Origin: a bacterium
GTDB taxonomy: Bacteria; UBA10199; DSSB01
Assembly: GCA_046346845.1 (NCBI GenBank)
Contig: JAXMHH010000002.1
Coordinates: 426,747 to 490,746 of the forward strand
DNA: 64,000 nucleotides
Direction of reading: 5' to 3'
The position numbers and the translations under genes were made by a program. The notes beneath the pieces are model-generated. The model had not been told where the DNA came from. It did not search any database and saw only the letters and a program-made list of their open reading frames with translations. Shown piece by piece: positions 17,970 to 27,448 of this stretch (position 1 is its first letter; every line of letters starts with the position of its first letter).

Positions 17970-20471
17970 ATGTTTCCTACCCTAGTTGCCTCTGAAGGCG
18001 GGCTTACCCGTGCCTTGCCGGAGGCCCGTGTCGCCATCGCCCCCGCGATTCTAGCTAGAATTTTCGACCGTCGCCTCTTTCCGCAGGCCGATTCCGGCCC
18101 GGTGGAACAGGCCCTGGGCCGCACCGCGGAGCTGCGAGCGGCCCTCGCCGAGCTCCCTGCGGCCCAAAGCCTGGCCTTGCGGGCGAGCTTTGGAGAGGCG
18201 GCGCTCAGCGAATTGCTCAGCCTGGCCGGGGAATCCGATCCGGCCCTGTTGCACGAAGCCCTGCTGAGCTTTGCGGGCCGGCAGGAGACCTCCGGACGGG
18301 TCGAGATTGCCGCCGAGCTCTACCAGAGCGTCGTGGCGAATGCCGGGGCCGGCTCCGCCTTGGGCCGAAGGGCCCAGGCGAGGCTCGATGCCATCCTCGG
18401 CCGGGGCTCGGTTGCCTTGCGCGGCGAATACCTGCTCCGCAACCTCGCGCAGCAGGCCTGCGAGCCCAGCTCCCTGCTGGCGATGGGGGCGGCAGGCACG
18501 ATTTTTCGCGCGACGCGCCTCTTGGCCCTCAGCCGTTTGGCAGCGAGCCCCACGGCCAATTTCCTGACGCGGGGTTTCGGGGCCAGTGCCCTGGCGGGTT
18601 TGGCCGGTTTCGCGGTCGAGGCGCCCGCCTTCACCCTGAGCGGCCGGCTGGCGGCGGAGGCCCTGGGGCGCAGCCAAGATTGGAGCGGGGAGGCCCTGCG
18701 CCGGGACCTGCTCTCCAGCTACCTGGTCCTGGGGGGCTTAAGGGCGGCGGGCTTTGCGGGTGCCGGGCTGTACCGGCGCTTCGGCGGCTCCAGCGAATTC
18801 GCCCGAGGCCTCTTCGCCCAGGGCAGCATGCTGACCGGGATCCTGGGCGCCCATTGGCTCGAGACGCGCTTTGGCCTGCGTCCCGCCACCGACCGCGCCA
18901 ACACCCTGGTTGATTCCCTGGCGACCTTGCTGCAATTCAACGTCGCCGCCCGCTTGAGCCACCAGGCCTTCGGGCCCCGCGTGGCGGCCTGGGAGGCCGC
19001 CTTGGACGCCCAGACCCAGCTGGTTGCCGCAACCAATTTCCGCGCCTCCGGACCCCGGGGTCCGGGCCTCAGCCCGGCCTACGCGGTGGCGGGCGGCCGC
19101 GCCCCCGAGGCGCTCCGCGAACCGGAAGATCCGCTCGGCCGGGGTCTGCAAGTCCTCATGTCCAAGATGCACGACGGTAAGGGCAATCCCGGGCCGACCG
19201 GACGCCGCCTGGCCCCCGGGGAGGTCGGCGAGGGGGGCGTAGATCCCAGTCAGTTAGATAGGCAGATCTCCACCTTGCTACTCTCGGCCGGCGATAACCT
19301 CGAACGCGGCCTGCGCACCTTTATCGACGGCCTCCCCGTGGCCACCGCCGTGGCCCGCCTGGAACGCGGCAATAAAGACATGGGCCGCATCTTCATGGTG
19401 AATCGGAGGTTTCAGGAGCTGTTCGGCTACACCGAGCGAGAAATCGGCGAGCTTCCCCTCATCAAGTTTTACCACCCCCTCAAGAGCGCCTTTGTGCTGT
19501 CGCAGATCTGGAACATCTTCCGTAACGGAATCTTCCGCCCCAGCGATATGGAACTGAGGCATCGGGATGAGGGTTGGGTCAAGGTCCGCGGCAGCGGCGT
19601 GGTGAAAGACCTGGGCGACCACTCCATCGCCTTCGGATTTTTGGAAAACCGCGCCGAGGCCAATGAGGGACGGCAAAGCCAGATCCTGGCCGCCTTCGAA
19701 GAGTCGAAGCGACCCCAAGCGATCCGCACTGCAGCCGACGGACATGTCGAGGTGGGATCGGTCATCGAACTCAGCTCCCTCTTGACCCAAGATAATTCGG
19801 CCTTGCTGCGGCAGATCGTGGACCAGGATGTCCGCATCCGCATCACGAATATGCCTTGGGTCCAGGCCTCCGACGGCTATGCCGAGCCCTTGGCCCGTTT
19901 TTTCAATGTCCAAGACCGGAAATTCTCATTCCCCGTCGGACGGAGGGTGTCGGTGGAGTTCCCACCCTCCGAGTCCAATGGCCGGGCGCGCACGATCATT
20001 CCCTTGGTGAAATTCGATTCTGGATTTCGCGCCATCGGATTCGGAGGGCCCGAGGCCAATCCGTCGGGAAATCCGGCGGGGACGGAGCTGCCCACCGCCC
20101 TCCCCCGGACCTCGCCTTCCCTGGCGGCGCCCGCCTTCGACAAGCCGCCGAGTCCCATTCCTCCGGCGGTCGTCGACGCCACCACCGCCGAGCTCTTAAC
20201 CAGGCTGCAAAGCCAAATGGGGGCCGCGGTCTTGGGCGCCCGCGAGGCCCTTTCGCAGCAGGATGCGGAGGTGACGGTGGCCGGGGAGTTTCCCGCCGCC
20301 TTTTTGAACCAAAACCTCGAGTCGATCCAGGGCGAGCTCCAGGCCATCACCGAAAAGCGGGTGCCCATCACCTTAGGGCGCCAGGTGACGCTGCGCTTTC
20401 ACACCGACCGGGGTCCCCTCACCTTGGTTTTTCGTAAAGTATTACGCAGGTTTGAGCGGGTGGACGGCTAG
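17970..20471 (+). CDS. Array member 5: module plus PAS domain plus alpha/beta units
   Basis: SD gaaagga. Module 18232-19020. PAS at ~19307-19657 (FIDGLPVA...VNRRFQELFGYTEREI...ELRHRDEGWVKV). Confidence 0.82.
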   Translation: MFPTLVASEGGLTRALPEARVAIAPAILARIFDRRLFPQADSGPVEQALGRTAELRAALAELPAAQSLALRASFGEAALSELLSLAGESDPALLHEALLSFAGRQETSGRVEIAAELYQSVVANAGAGSALGRRAQARLDAILGRGSVALRGEYLLRNLAQQACEPSSLLAMGAAGTIFRATRLLALSRLAASPTANFLTRGFGASALAGLAGFAVEAPAFTLSGRLAAEALGRSQDWSGEALRRDLLSSYLVLGGLRAAGFAGAGLYRRFGGSSEFARGLFAQGSMLTGILGAHWLETRFGLRPATDRANTLVDSLATLLQFNVAARLSHQAFGPRVAAWEAALDAQTQLVAATNFRASGPRGPGLSPAYAVAGGRAPEALREPEDPLGRGLQVLMSKMHDGKGNPGPTGRRLAPGEVGEGGVDPSQLDRQISTLLLSAGDNLERGLRTFIDGLPVATAVARLERGNKDMGRIFMVNRRFQELFGYTEREIGELPLIKFYHPLKSAFVLSQIWNIFRNGIFRPSDMELRHRDEGWVKVRGSGVVKDLGDHSIAFGFLENRAEANEGRQSQILAAFEESKRPQAIRTAADGHVEVGSVIELSSLLTQDNSALLRQIVDQDVRIRITNMPWVQASDGYAEPLARFFNVQDRKFSFPVGRRVSVEFPPSESNGRARTIIPLVKFDSGFRAIGFGGPEANPSGNPAGTELPTALPRTSPSLAAPAFDKPPSPIPPAVVDATTAELLTRLQSQMGAAVLGAREALSQQDAEVTVAGEFPAAFLNQNLESIQGELQAITEKRVPITLGRQVTLRFHTDRGPLTLVFRKVLRRFERVDG

Positions 20472-20569
20472 GCCAGCCCCGCCGCGAATCCAGGCAACCA
20501 ATTCTGGAGGGCGACGAGAAGACGGCACCGAAGCTTTAAAAAAATTTCGTAATTTCGAAAAGGTTCCCG

Positions 20570-22375
20570 GTGTCCGACTTGATTCTCGATCGCCTTCGCC
20601 CAGGGTTCCCGCGGGAACCCGCGCCGTCCTTCGCCTTTCAGCCCCGTGAAAGCGCGGGCTGGACCCCTGCGCTCCGCCGCGAGTTGGCTGTCCTGGCCGC
20701 GGAGAGCGACCCGCAGCTCTACGCCGAAGGGCTGCTCAACCTCGCGCAGCGCCTGGAAGCGGGGGAGCACCCCGAGGCCGCGCCGGAGCTTTATCAGGCC
20801 CTGTTGGAATCCCCCGTTCCCGGCATTTCCGCTCGGGCTCGAACCCGACTCGACGCCCTACTGGGGCGCGGAGCCGTCGGTCCGCGCCTGGAATTCCTGC
20901 TGCGCCGCCTGACGCAAGCAGCGACGGAACCCAGCGCCTTGTTCGCGATGGGCGCGGCCGGGGCGGTCTTCCGGATGACGCGTTTATGGGCGCTCTCGCG
21001 GCTGGTCTCCGCGGGCGAGACCGGTCTGATGACGCGGCTTCTGGGCCCGGGCCGGATCGCCAGCCTGGCGGGCTTTGCGGCGGAGGCGCCCGCCTTTACC
21101 CTGGCCAACCGACTGGGCCACGCGGCCCTGGGCCGGTCGCAAGACTGGGGCGGGTCGGCCCTGGCGAGGGAGTTCGCTTCCAGTTTTTTGGTCTTGGGCG
21201 CCTTGAAATTATCCGGTTCCGCCGCGGCTTGGTTGGGGGCCGGGCAGGCGGCGAGCCTGCGGATGGTGCTCCGGCAGGGCGGGATGTTGACTGGGATCCT
21301 GCTGAGCCATCGCCTGGAAGAGCTGGCGGGCCTCCGGCCCAGCCAGCCCGGTGCGACCCGCTTGGCCGATTCCCTGGCGCTCTTGCTGCAATTCCAAATG
21401 GCCGGTCGTCTGGTGGAGGCCGGCCTGGGGCGCCCGGGGAGCGCGGCCGAGGCGCACCTGGAGGCCATGGCATTGACCCCGCGGCCGAGTCTTCCTCCGC
21501 CCCTGGCGCTGTCCCTGGGCGCGGAACCGGCCCTGGCGAGCGCGGCGGGCCCAAGCCGTTCCGGCAGCCCGGCAGCGCCCCGCTTGTCGGCGGGCGTCTT
21601 CGCCATGGCGGCCGGCAAACCCTTGGGCGGGCATGGCGGGAGCACCGCTCGCAAGAGCCCGGGTGAATTGGTCGAGGAACATCTTCAGACGCTGAGCGAG
21701 GTACCGCCCGCCGATGCGGAGGCTGCGCCGCCCGCCATCGAGTTCCGTTTCGAGGGCGTGACCCTCACTCCTTCCGCCGAGCTCCGGCAGAGATTTTTCT
21801 GCGAAACCCTGCAGCGCCTCTTGAGCAAGGGGGAATCCGGATTTCCCTACCCCCTGCGCGGCGAACTCAGCCAGGCGCTGCGTTCCAATGCGGACCTGCG
21901 AGCCTCTCTTCCTGCGCTGGGTGAGGGGACGGAGCGCCGCTGGGTCGCGGACATCGCCGCCAAGGGCCATGAGCTGCGCCACCTGCTCCTCCTGGAATCG
22001 GAAGGAGGCGGTCCGTGGCGGCCCCGGCGGCTTTTGCTCGGGGCGCAGATCCTGCGCTACGACGAGAGCCAGGATCCGGCGGTCTACGACCTGGAATTCG
22101 GTCGCGGCGAGGCCCCGGAGATCCGGGGACGGATCTTTCGCCCCGACCTCCACGAGAGGTGGAACCCCGACGGCTACCTCAGCCGGAGTTTCTCCCCGGT
22201 GGGAGACGGCGACCTGAGGTGGGAACTCTATCCGAAAAGCTCCTACCTCCTCCGGCTTGAAATGGCGGTGGAGCCTCAGCTCCGCCTGCAGGTGTTGGAA
22301 TTGAGCGGGCATCGCCTCTTCTCGTTGGGCCCTTGGGCCCGGGCCGGCAACGGCAAGGGGAGGCAGGGGCCATGA
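20570..22375 (+). CDS. Array member 6: module plus unknown beta-rich cargo
   Basis: GTG start; module 20703-21470; junction GVFAMAAG; stop overlaps the next ATG (ATGA). Confidence 0.8.
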   Translation: MSDLILDRLRPGFPREPAPSFAFQPRESAGWTPALRRELAVLAAESDPQLYAEGLLNLAQRLEAGEHPEAAPELYQALLESPVPGISARARTRLDALLGRGAVGPRLEFLLRRLTQAATEPSALFAMGAAGAVFRMTRLWALSRLVSAGETGLMTRLLGPGRIASLAGFAAEAPAFTLANRLGHAALGRSQDWGGSALAREFASSFLVLGALKLSGSAAAWLGAGQAASLRMVLRQGGMLTGILLSHRLEELAGLRPSQPGATRLADSLALLLQFQMAGRLVEAGLGRPGSAAEAHLEAMALTPRPSLPPPLALSLGAEPALASAAGPSRSGSPAAPRLSAGVFAMAAGKPLGGHGGSTARKSPGELVEEHLQTLSEVPPADAEAAPPAIEFRFEGVTLTPSAELRQRFFCETLQRLLSKGESGFPYPLRGELSQALRSNADLRASLPALGEGTERRWVADIAAKGHELRHLLLLESEGGGPWRPRRLLLGAQILRYDESQDPAVYDLEFGRGEAPEIRGRIFRPDLHERWNPDGYLSRSFSPVGDGDLRWELYPKSSYLLRLEMAVEPQLRLQVLELSGHRLFSLGPWARAGNGKGRQGP

Positions 22376-24786
22376 CCTTTTTTCCCCACCTGCCGTCCCG
22401 ACCCCCCGCGGTACCCAGGGAGGCCTATCCCTCGCTGCCGGACACCGCCCTGCGGCAACTTCCGGAGCCGCTGCGAGGGGAACTCCTCGCCCTGCCGGCG
22501 GAACGGGACCCGGAACTCTACGCCGAGGCCCTCTATCATTTCGCCCAACGGCAGGAGCGGGTGGGCCGCCTCCCCTTGGCGGTGGAGCTCTATCAAGTCC
22601 TGCTCGCCGGGCCGGCCAGCGCCTACCGAAATCGCGCCCAACTCGCCCTCGACGCGATCCTGGGGCGCGGCGCCTTTGGAGCCCGGGCGGAGTTCTTGAT
22701 GCGAAATTTCGCCGAGCAGGCCAGCGACCCCAGCGCCCTGCTCGCGATGGGCGTAGCCGGGGCGGTGTTTCGCATGACGCGCCTGGCGGCGCTCGCGCGC
22801 TTGACCGGCTCGGTTCGGCCGGGACTGATGACGCAGTTCCTCGGGGCGGGCCGGCTCGCCTCGCTGGCGGGCTTTGCGGTGGAGGCACCGACCTTTACCT
22901 TGGTCCACCGTTTTGGCGATGCGGCCTTGGGTCGGTCCCAGGACCGAAGCGGGGAGGACCTGGCTAGGGAGCTGGCCTCGAGCTATTTGACCTTGGGCGG
23001 GCTCCGGCTCGCGGGTGCCGGCGCGGTGTTGCTGGCAGAGGGGCAGGCGGTTCCCCTGCGGCATCTGCTCCACCAGGGCGGGATGCTCACCGGCATCCTC
23101 CTCGGTCATCGCCTGGAGGAGTGGGCGGGTCTGCGGCCGCGGCAGGCGGGCGCCACGACCTTGGTGGATTCCCTGGCCCTACTGCTCCAATTCCACGTGG
23201 CGGGCCGCCTGAGCCGTGCGGCCTTCGGGCATGACTTCGCCGCCTGGGAGGCGGGGCTCGATCGGCAGGCCGAGCTTATGACACGCCCTCCGCCGGGTTC
23301 CGGCCCCCGCCCCATCCCGATTCCGAATCCTGCCCGGCGCTTGGCTTGGGCCAGTGGCGGTGCCGAGGTTCCGGTCCCCGTCGGCCCTACCGTGCTGATG
23401 ATGTCCGGCAGGGGGCGCGACGGCGGAGACGATTGGCGCGCAGGTCTATTTCGGGCCTCCAATTTGCGGCTTCGGATCAGTCCGGCCGATGCCTACCAGC
23501 GGCGGGCGGATAATGCGGCGGACTACGTCAAGCAGGTTCAGGAGCTGACGCCGGGACATGCGGGGGTCATGACCGAGATCCTGATGGGGCTCGACCTGTT
23601 CGGGTCTTGGCTGGAGGGCGGCGATCCCTTTCGCCGGGCCATCGGCTTTCGGCACCACGCCGAGCTGTGGCGGGTCTTGGCGAACAAGTGGACCCATGTT
23701 TCCCTCACGGTCTCCCTGACCGAGGCCTTTCGCGACCAGATCCGGCGCCAAATCCGGCTCCTGGCCCAGGGCTCCAACCAGCGCTTCCTCGCCGCGACCC
23801 TGGAGGGGGCGCCCGAGATCTCCCGCATCTACAGCCATACCCTGGGCGCCTTGGTGGAAGGCTCGCCGCGGGAACGCGAGTTGACCCAAACCCTCTTGGA
23901 TCTGCTGGCCGCCCTGCGCGGCGGGGCCTTGGCCCCCAACCCTTCTGTCCAGCGAGGGCTTTGGCTGGAGGCCTTCCACGCGAGCTTGAATTACGCGGCC
24001 AATGAGCGGCTCGGGTTCGCCCGGGAGGCCCTGCGCGGGATCCAGGGGACTCGGGCCTGGCTCGGCAGCGCCGACCCCGAGCGGCAACTCTTGGGACGCC
24101 GCTACTTCCCGCTGTTTTGGAACCGGCTGGCGGAGCGGGGTCATCCCGAACAAAAAGACCCCTTCCTCTCCGAGGTCCAAGAGGAAGTCGCCTTTCTGCA
24201 GCAGAGCACTTCGCCGCAACGGGTCCCGAAGGAGACCTTGTTGGCCGCCTTGCAGGCCTACCCCCACTACGCGGAATGGGTCTTCAACCTCCTGGGCGAT
24301 CACCCCCTGCAGGGCTACATGCTGCTCAACACCTTCCTTGGCCAGGCCCGCACCCTGCGGCCCTGGATCTCCGGCCACAGCGATGCGGAGGTCCGCGAGA
24401 CTTGCGCGGCTTCTTATTTAAGGGTTCTTTCCCGGTTGAATCGACAGGCAGAAGCGCTTCGCGACTTTCCTAACCTGCCGACCCCCATCGGCAGCGATAT
24501 CGTCGCCGAGGCCTGGGAGGGGATCCCGGTCTTTGAGCAGCGTTGGCAGGGCGCCCCGGGGCCGGATGCCATGATCTCGGCCCTCCGCGACTATCTGCAA
24601 CTGCTCGACCTCTTGCCGCCGGAGGCCCGGTTTGGTCGCGAGCTCAGCGCCGAGTCGCGCTTGAAACCCCTGGTCCGGCTCAGTATGCATCAAAATCCCA
24701 CGCTTCGGCGCCTTGCCGAAGATGCGATGGAAAAGATTCTGACGAAATTCCCCTCGGGACCGACCGAACCCTCGGGAGGCAACTGA
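22372..24786 (+). CDS. Array member 7: module plus helical cargo
   Basis: ATG 22372 overlaps the previous TGA; module 22500-23275; junction GPTVLMMSG. Confidence 0.8.
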   Translation: MTFFPHLPSRPPAVPREAYPSLPDTALRQLPEPLRGELLALPAERDPELYAEALYHFAQRQERVGRLPLAVELYQVLLAGPASAYRNRAQLALDAILGRGAFGARAEFLMRNFAEQASDPSALLAMGVAGAVFRMTRLAALARLTGSVRPGLMTQFLGAGRLASLAGFAVEAPTFTLVHRFGDAALGRSQDRSGEDLARELASSYLTLGGLRLAGAGAVLLAEGQAVPLRHLLHQGGMLTGILLGHRLEEWAGLRPRQAGATTLVDSLALLLQFHVAGRLSRAAFGHDFAAWEAGLDRQAELMTRPPPGSGPRPIPIPNPARRLAWASGGAEVPVPVGPTVLMMSGRGRDGGDDWRAGLFRASNLRLRISPADAYQRRADNAADYVKQVQELTPGHAGVMTEILMGLDLFGSWLEGGDPFRRAIGFRHHAELWRVLANKWTHVSLTVSLTEAFRDQIRRQIRLLAQGSNQRFLAATLEGAPEISRIYSHTLGALVEGSPRERELTQTLLDLLAALRGGALAPNPSVQRGLWLEAFHASLNYAANERLGFAREALRGIQGTRAWLGSADPERQLLGRRYFPLFWNRLAERGHPEQKDPFLSEVQEEVAFLQQSTSPQRVPKETLLAALQAYPHYAEWVFNLLGDHPLQGYMLLNTFLGQARTLRPWISGHSDAEVRETCAASYLRVLSRLNRQAEALRDFPNLPTPIGSDIVAEAWEGIPVFEQRWQGAPGPDAMISALRDYLQLLDLLPPEARFGRELSAESRLKPLVRLSMHQNPTLRRLAEDAMEKILTKFPSGPTEPSGGN

Positions 24787-24860
24787 GGCGGTTTTTCGAC
24801 GATACCTCGACGATCTCAATGCGTCATTGTGGAGCGGGGGGCCCTCCCAGGAGCCGAGCA

Positions 24861-27377
24861 GTGTCTCTACGTGTCCCCCATTGGAATCGACCTGCCCCCG
24901 AACGGGGGGAACTCCCCGCGACCGCCTCCTGGACCGCCTTGCTGAGAAACTGCCCCGATGCCGGCGCTCGCGCCGAGCTGAACTCCCTCGCTGCGGAAGG
25001 CGACGCTCAGCTCTTGGGGGAGGGCCTGCTGAATTTTGCCCAGCGGCAGGAACGCGACGGTCGTTTGGAACTGGCGATGGAGGCCTACCAGGCCGTCCAG
25101 ACCCTGCCGGTGGAAGCGCTGCGTCGCCGCGCCCAACAAGGCTTGGATGCCATCCAGGGCCGGGGCGACTTCGGTCCCCGCGCCGAGTTCTTGCTGCGCA
25201 ACCTCGCCCAACAGGCCAGCGAGCCGAGCGCCCTCCTGGCCATGGGCGTGGCTGGGACTGCCTTTCGCGTGACTCGCCTGGCGACACTTTCTTGGCTCGC
25301 CGGCGCCGGTGAGGCAGGCCTGGCGACACGGCTCTTGGGCGCGGGCCGAATCGCTACTTTGGCGGGCTTTGCGGTGGAGGCCCCCGCCTTTAGCTTGGCC
25401 GCTCGCCTGGGCAACGAGGCCCTGGGCCGACCGCAGGATTGGGGCGCCCGCGCCCTGGGCCGAGACCTCCTCTCCAGCTATTTCGTCCTGGGCGGCCTGA
25501 AGCTGGCGGGTGGCGCGGCGGGTTCTTTGGGCGCCGGGCGGCCTCGGCTGTTTCAGCATTTAATACACCAGGGCGGGATGCTCACCGGCATCCTCCTCGG
25601 TCATCGCCTGGAGGAGTGGGCGGGTCTGCGGCCGCGGCAGGCGGGCGCCACGACCTTGGTGGATTCCCTGGCCCTGCTGCTCCAATTCCATGTGGCGGGT
25701 CGCCTCAGTCGTGCCGCGGTGGGTCCTGGCCTCGGGGCCTGGGAGGCCAGCCTCGAGCATCGGGCCGCAAACCTGGCCTTGGGCCGAGGCCGTTCCAGTT
25801 TTCCGCAATTTCCCGGGCCGCCAACGCCTTCCTATGCCATGGCCTCCGCAATATCGGTGGAGGGTCCGAGGGGCGGGACGGAGGCGGGGCCGCGGATCCC
25901 CGACCGCCTCTATTCGGTTCGTCTCACCGGGGAAGCGGACGCTTCTTCCCCGACGACGGAATCCGCGGCGAACCTCCCGGAGGTTCGCGCCTTACCGGGA
26001 GGCCGGACCCGACCCGTGGATCGGGAGCGGCTGACTTCCATTCGCCTGATCGAGGCCCAAGGCGTGGCCTGGGTCATCGACATCGACACCGCTGAAAGAA
26101 ATCGGCAGTTGGAGGTTTGGGTGGGGGACCACCTCCTTCCGCCCGGCGGTTCCCTGCGAGTGCGGGAGGGTGAGGTGATTCGGATGGGGGACCGGAGCTA
26201 CCGGTTCCGCGAGATGGGCCCCGAGGCGGCGGAGGATTCGGGCAACCGCCTTCGGCAAGTCGTCGCCTTGCGCCGCCACCTGCACCACAGCTACGGCTCC
26301 GAAGGCGCGGCCCACTATGACCTGCAGCTGGGGGATTTTTTGGAGGGGATGGCGGCAGGAGAAGAAACGGTCTTTGCCACGGGTCCCTTGGGGACCGCGC
26401 GCCTGCGGGTTTTGAGTCGAGGTGCGGGCGAGGTCGGGGAGCGTTTCGACCTCGAGCTGCGCGACGACAGGAATTCCTTTCCCTTGAGCCTCGAGCTCGC
26501 CCCGGACCGGTTTCTCTATCATCATCCCCCGCGTCCCCAGCCCCGGCAGGCCCTTTTGCCGATGTTCGCCGATTGGGTGAACACCCATGCCATGATCCGC
26601 GCCGCTCAGCTGGAGGTTCGCGGCATCAGTCCCGAATTTCACGAGCTGCTCGAGCAAGGCTTGATCAACGGTAGCTACGATCGCCTGGAGGCCAGGGAGG
26701 GGCGGGTCGACCTGATCACCCAACCCCGTTCCATGCTGATCCCGCCGGAGTTCGGCCCTCAGCACCGCGCGGCCGCGGAGCGGGCCTTCCAGGCCTGGGC
26801 GCAGCGTCGCCTGGGGCGCACGATTCCGACCCTGGTGGAATTGGAGGAAGGGGTCCCGCCGCCGGAGTTCAATCACCTCGGCGTCGAGCCTTCCATGCAG
26901 GCGATCCTCGACCGCTTGGTCGACACGCGCAGCCGCTTTTTGGAGATCGGCTTCGGGGAGCGCACCGAGACCCTGGAGGCGGTGGAGCGGCGCGGTGGGG
27001 TCGCCTGGGGCCTGGAATTGGATCGCGTCTACCCGCCGGGCGCCGACCGAGCCCAGTTGCAGGCGGAGCCGGTGGATGTCCTGTTCGTCAACGGCTCGCC
27101 CTTCTTGTTCTATGCCCAACACCAGGTCGCCCTGCCGGCGGCCCTCGACATCCTCCGCCAATTTCCGCGCGCGGAGTGGTTGGTGCTGCAGGCTTACAAT
27201 CCGCGCACCCCCTTCGAGATCCTGCGCCATGCCGAGGAGCTCAATCGGATGGAGTGGGAGCCGCTCTATTTTCGCAGCCAGGCCGCACCGGACGAGGCAC
27301 CCCTCTTTCCCACCGACTGGTGCCAGAGGCCGGATACCGCCCATGCCGTCCTGATCGCCCGGCGGGTCCGACGTTAG
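24861..27377 (+). CDS. Array member 8: module plus degenerate FHA-like and SAM-methyltransferase-like cargo
   Basis: GTG 24861 with SD aggag (track start 24543 overlaps member 7). FHA-like tail LRVREGEVIRMGDRSYRF; MTase motif I-like RFLEIGFG, then GLELD and DVLFVNGSPF. Confidence 0.75.
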   Translation: MSLRVPHWNRPAPERGELPATASWTALLRNCPDAGARAELNSLAAEGDAQLLGEGLLNFAQRQERDGRLELAMEAYQAVQTLPVEALRRRAQQGLDAIQGRGDFGPRAEFLLRNLAQQASEPSALLAMGVAGTAFRVTRLATLSWLAGAGEAGLATRLLGAGRIATLAGFAVEAPAFSLAARLGNEALGRPQDWGARALGRDLLSSYFVLGGLKLAGGAAGSLGAGRPRLFQHLIHQGGMLTGILLGHRLEEWAGLRPRQAGATTLVDSLALLLQFHVAGRLSRAAVGPGLGAWEASLEHRAANLALGRGRSSFPQFPGPPTPSYAMASAISVEGPRGGTEAGPRIPDRLYSVRLTGEADASSPTTESAANLPEVRALPGGRTRPVDRERLTSIRLIEAQGVAWVIDIDTAERNRQLEVWVGDHLLPPGGSLRVREGEVIRMGDRSYRFREMGPEAAEDSGNRLRQVVALRRHLHHSYGSEGAAHYDLQLGDFLEGMAAGEETVFATGPLGTARLRVLSRGAGEVGERFDLELRDDRNSFPLSLELAPDRFLYHHPPRPQPRQALLPMFADWVNTHAMIRAAQLEVRGISPEFHELLEQGLINGSYDRLEAREGRVDLITQPRSMLIPPEFGPQHRAAAERAFQAWAQRRLGRTIPTLVELEEGVPPPEFNHLGVEPSMQAILDRLVDTRSRFLEIGFGERTETLEAVERRGGVAWGLELDRVYPPGADRAQLQAEPVDVLFVNGSPFLFYAQHQVALPAALDILRQFPRAEWLVLQAYNPRTPFEILRHAEELNRMEWEPLYFRSQAAPDEAPLFPTDWCQRPDTAHAVLIARRVRR

Positions 27378-27448
27378 GCGGAAAATACTGCCTTCTTTCT
27401 TGGTGAATTTGGAGTAAACTGGCCCTGCTTGTCCGAGAGGAGGAAGCG

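Noticed and set aside
24543-24860. Track start of member 8; likewise 22333, 30281, 44664, 48668 and 61663
   Set aside because: These overlap neighbouring genes or promoters; downstream starts have better SD sites or match homologous N-termini.
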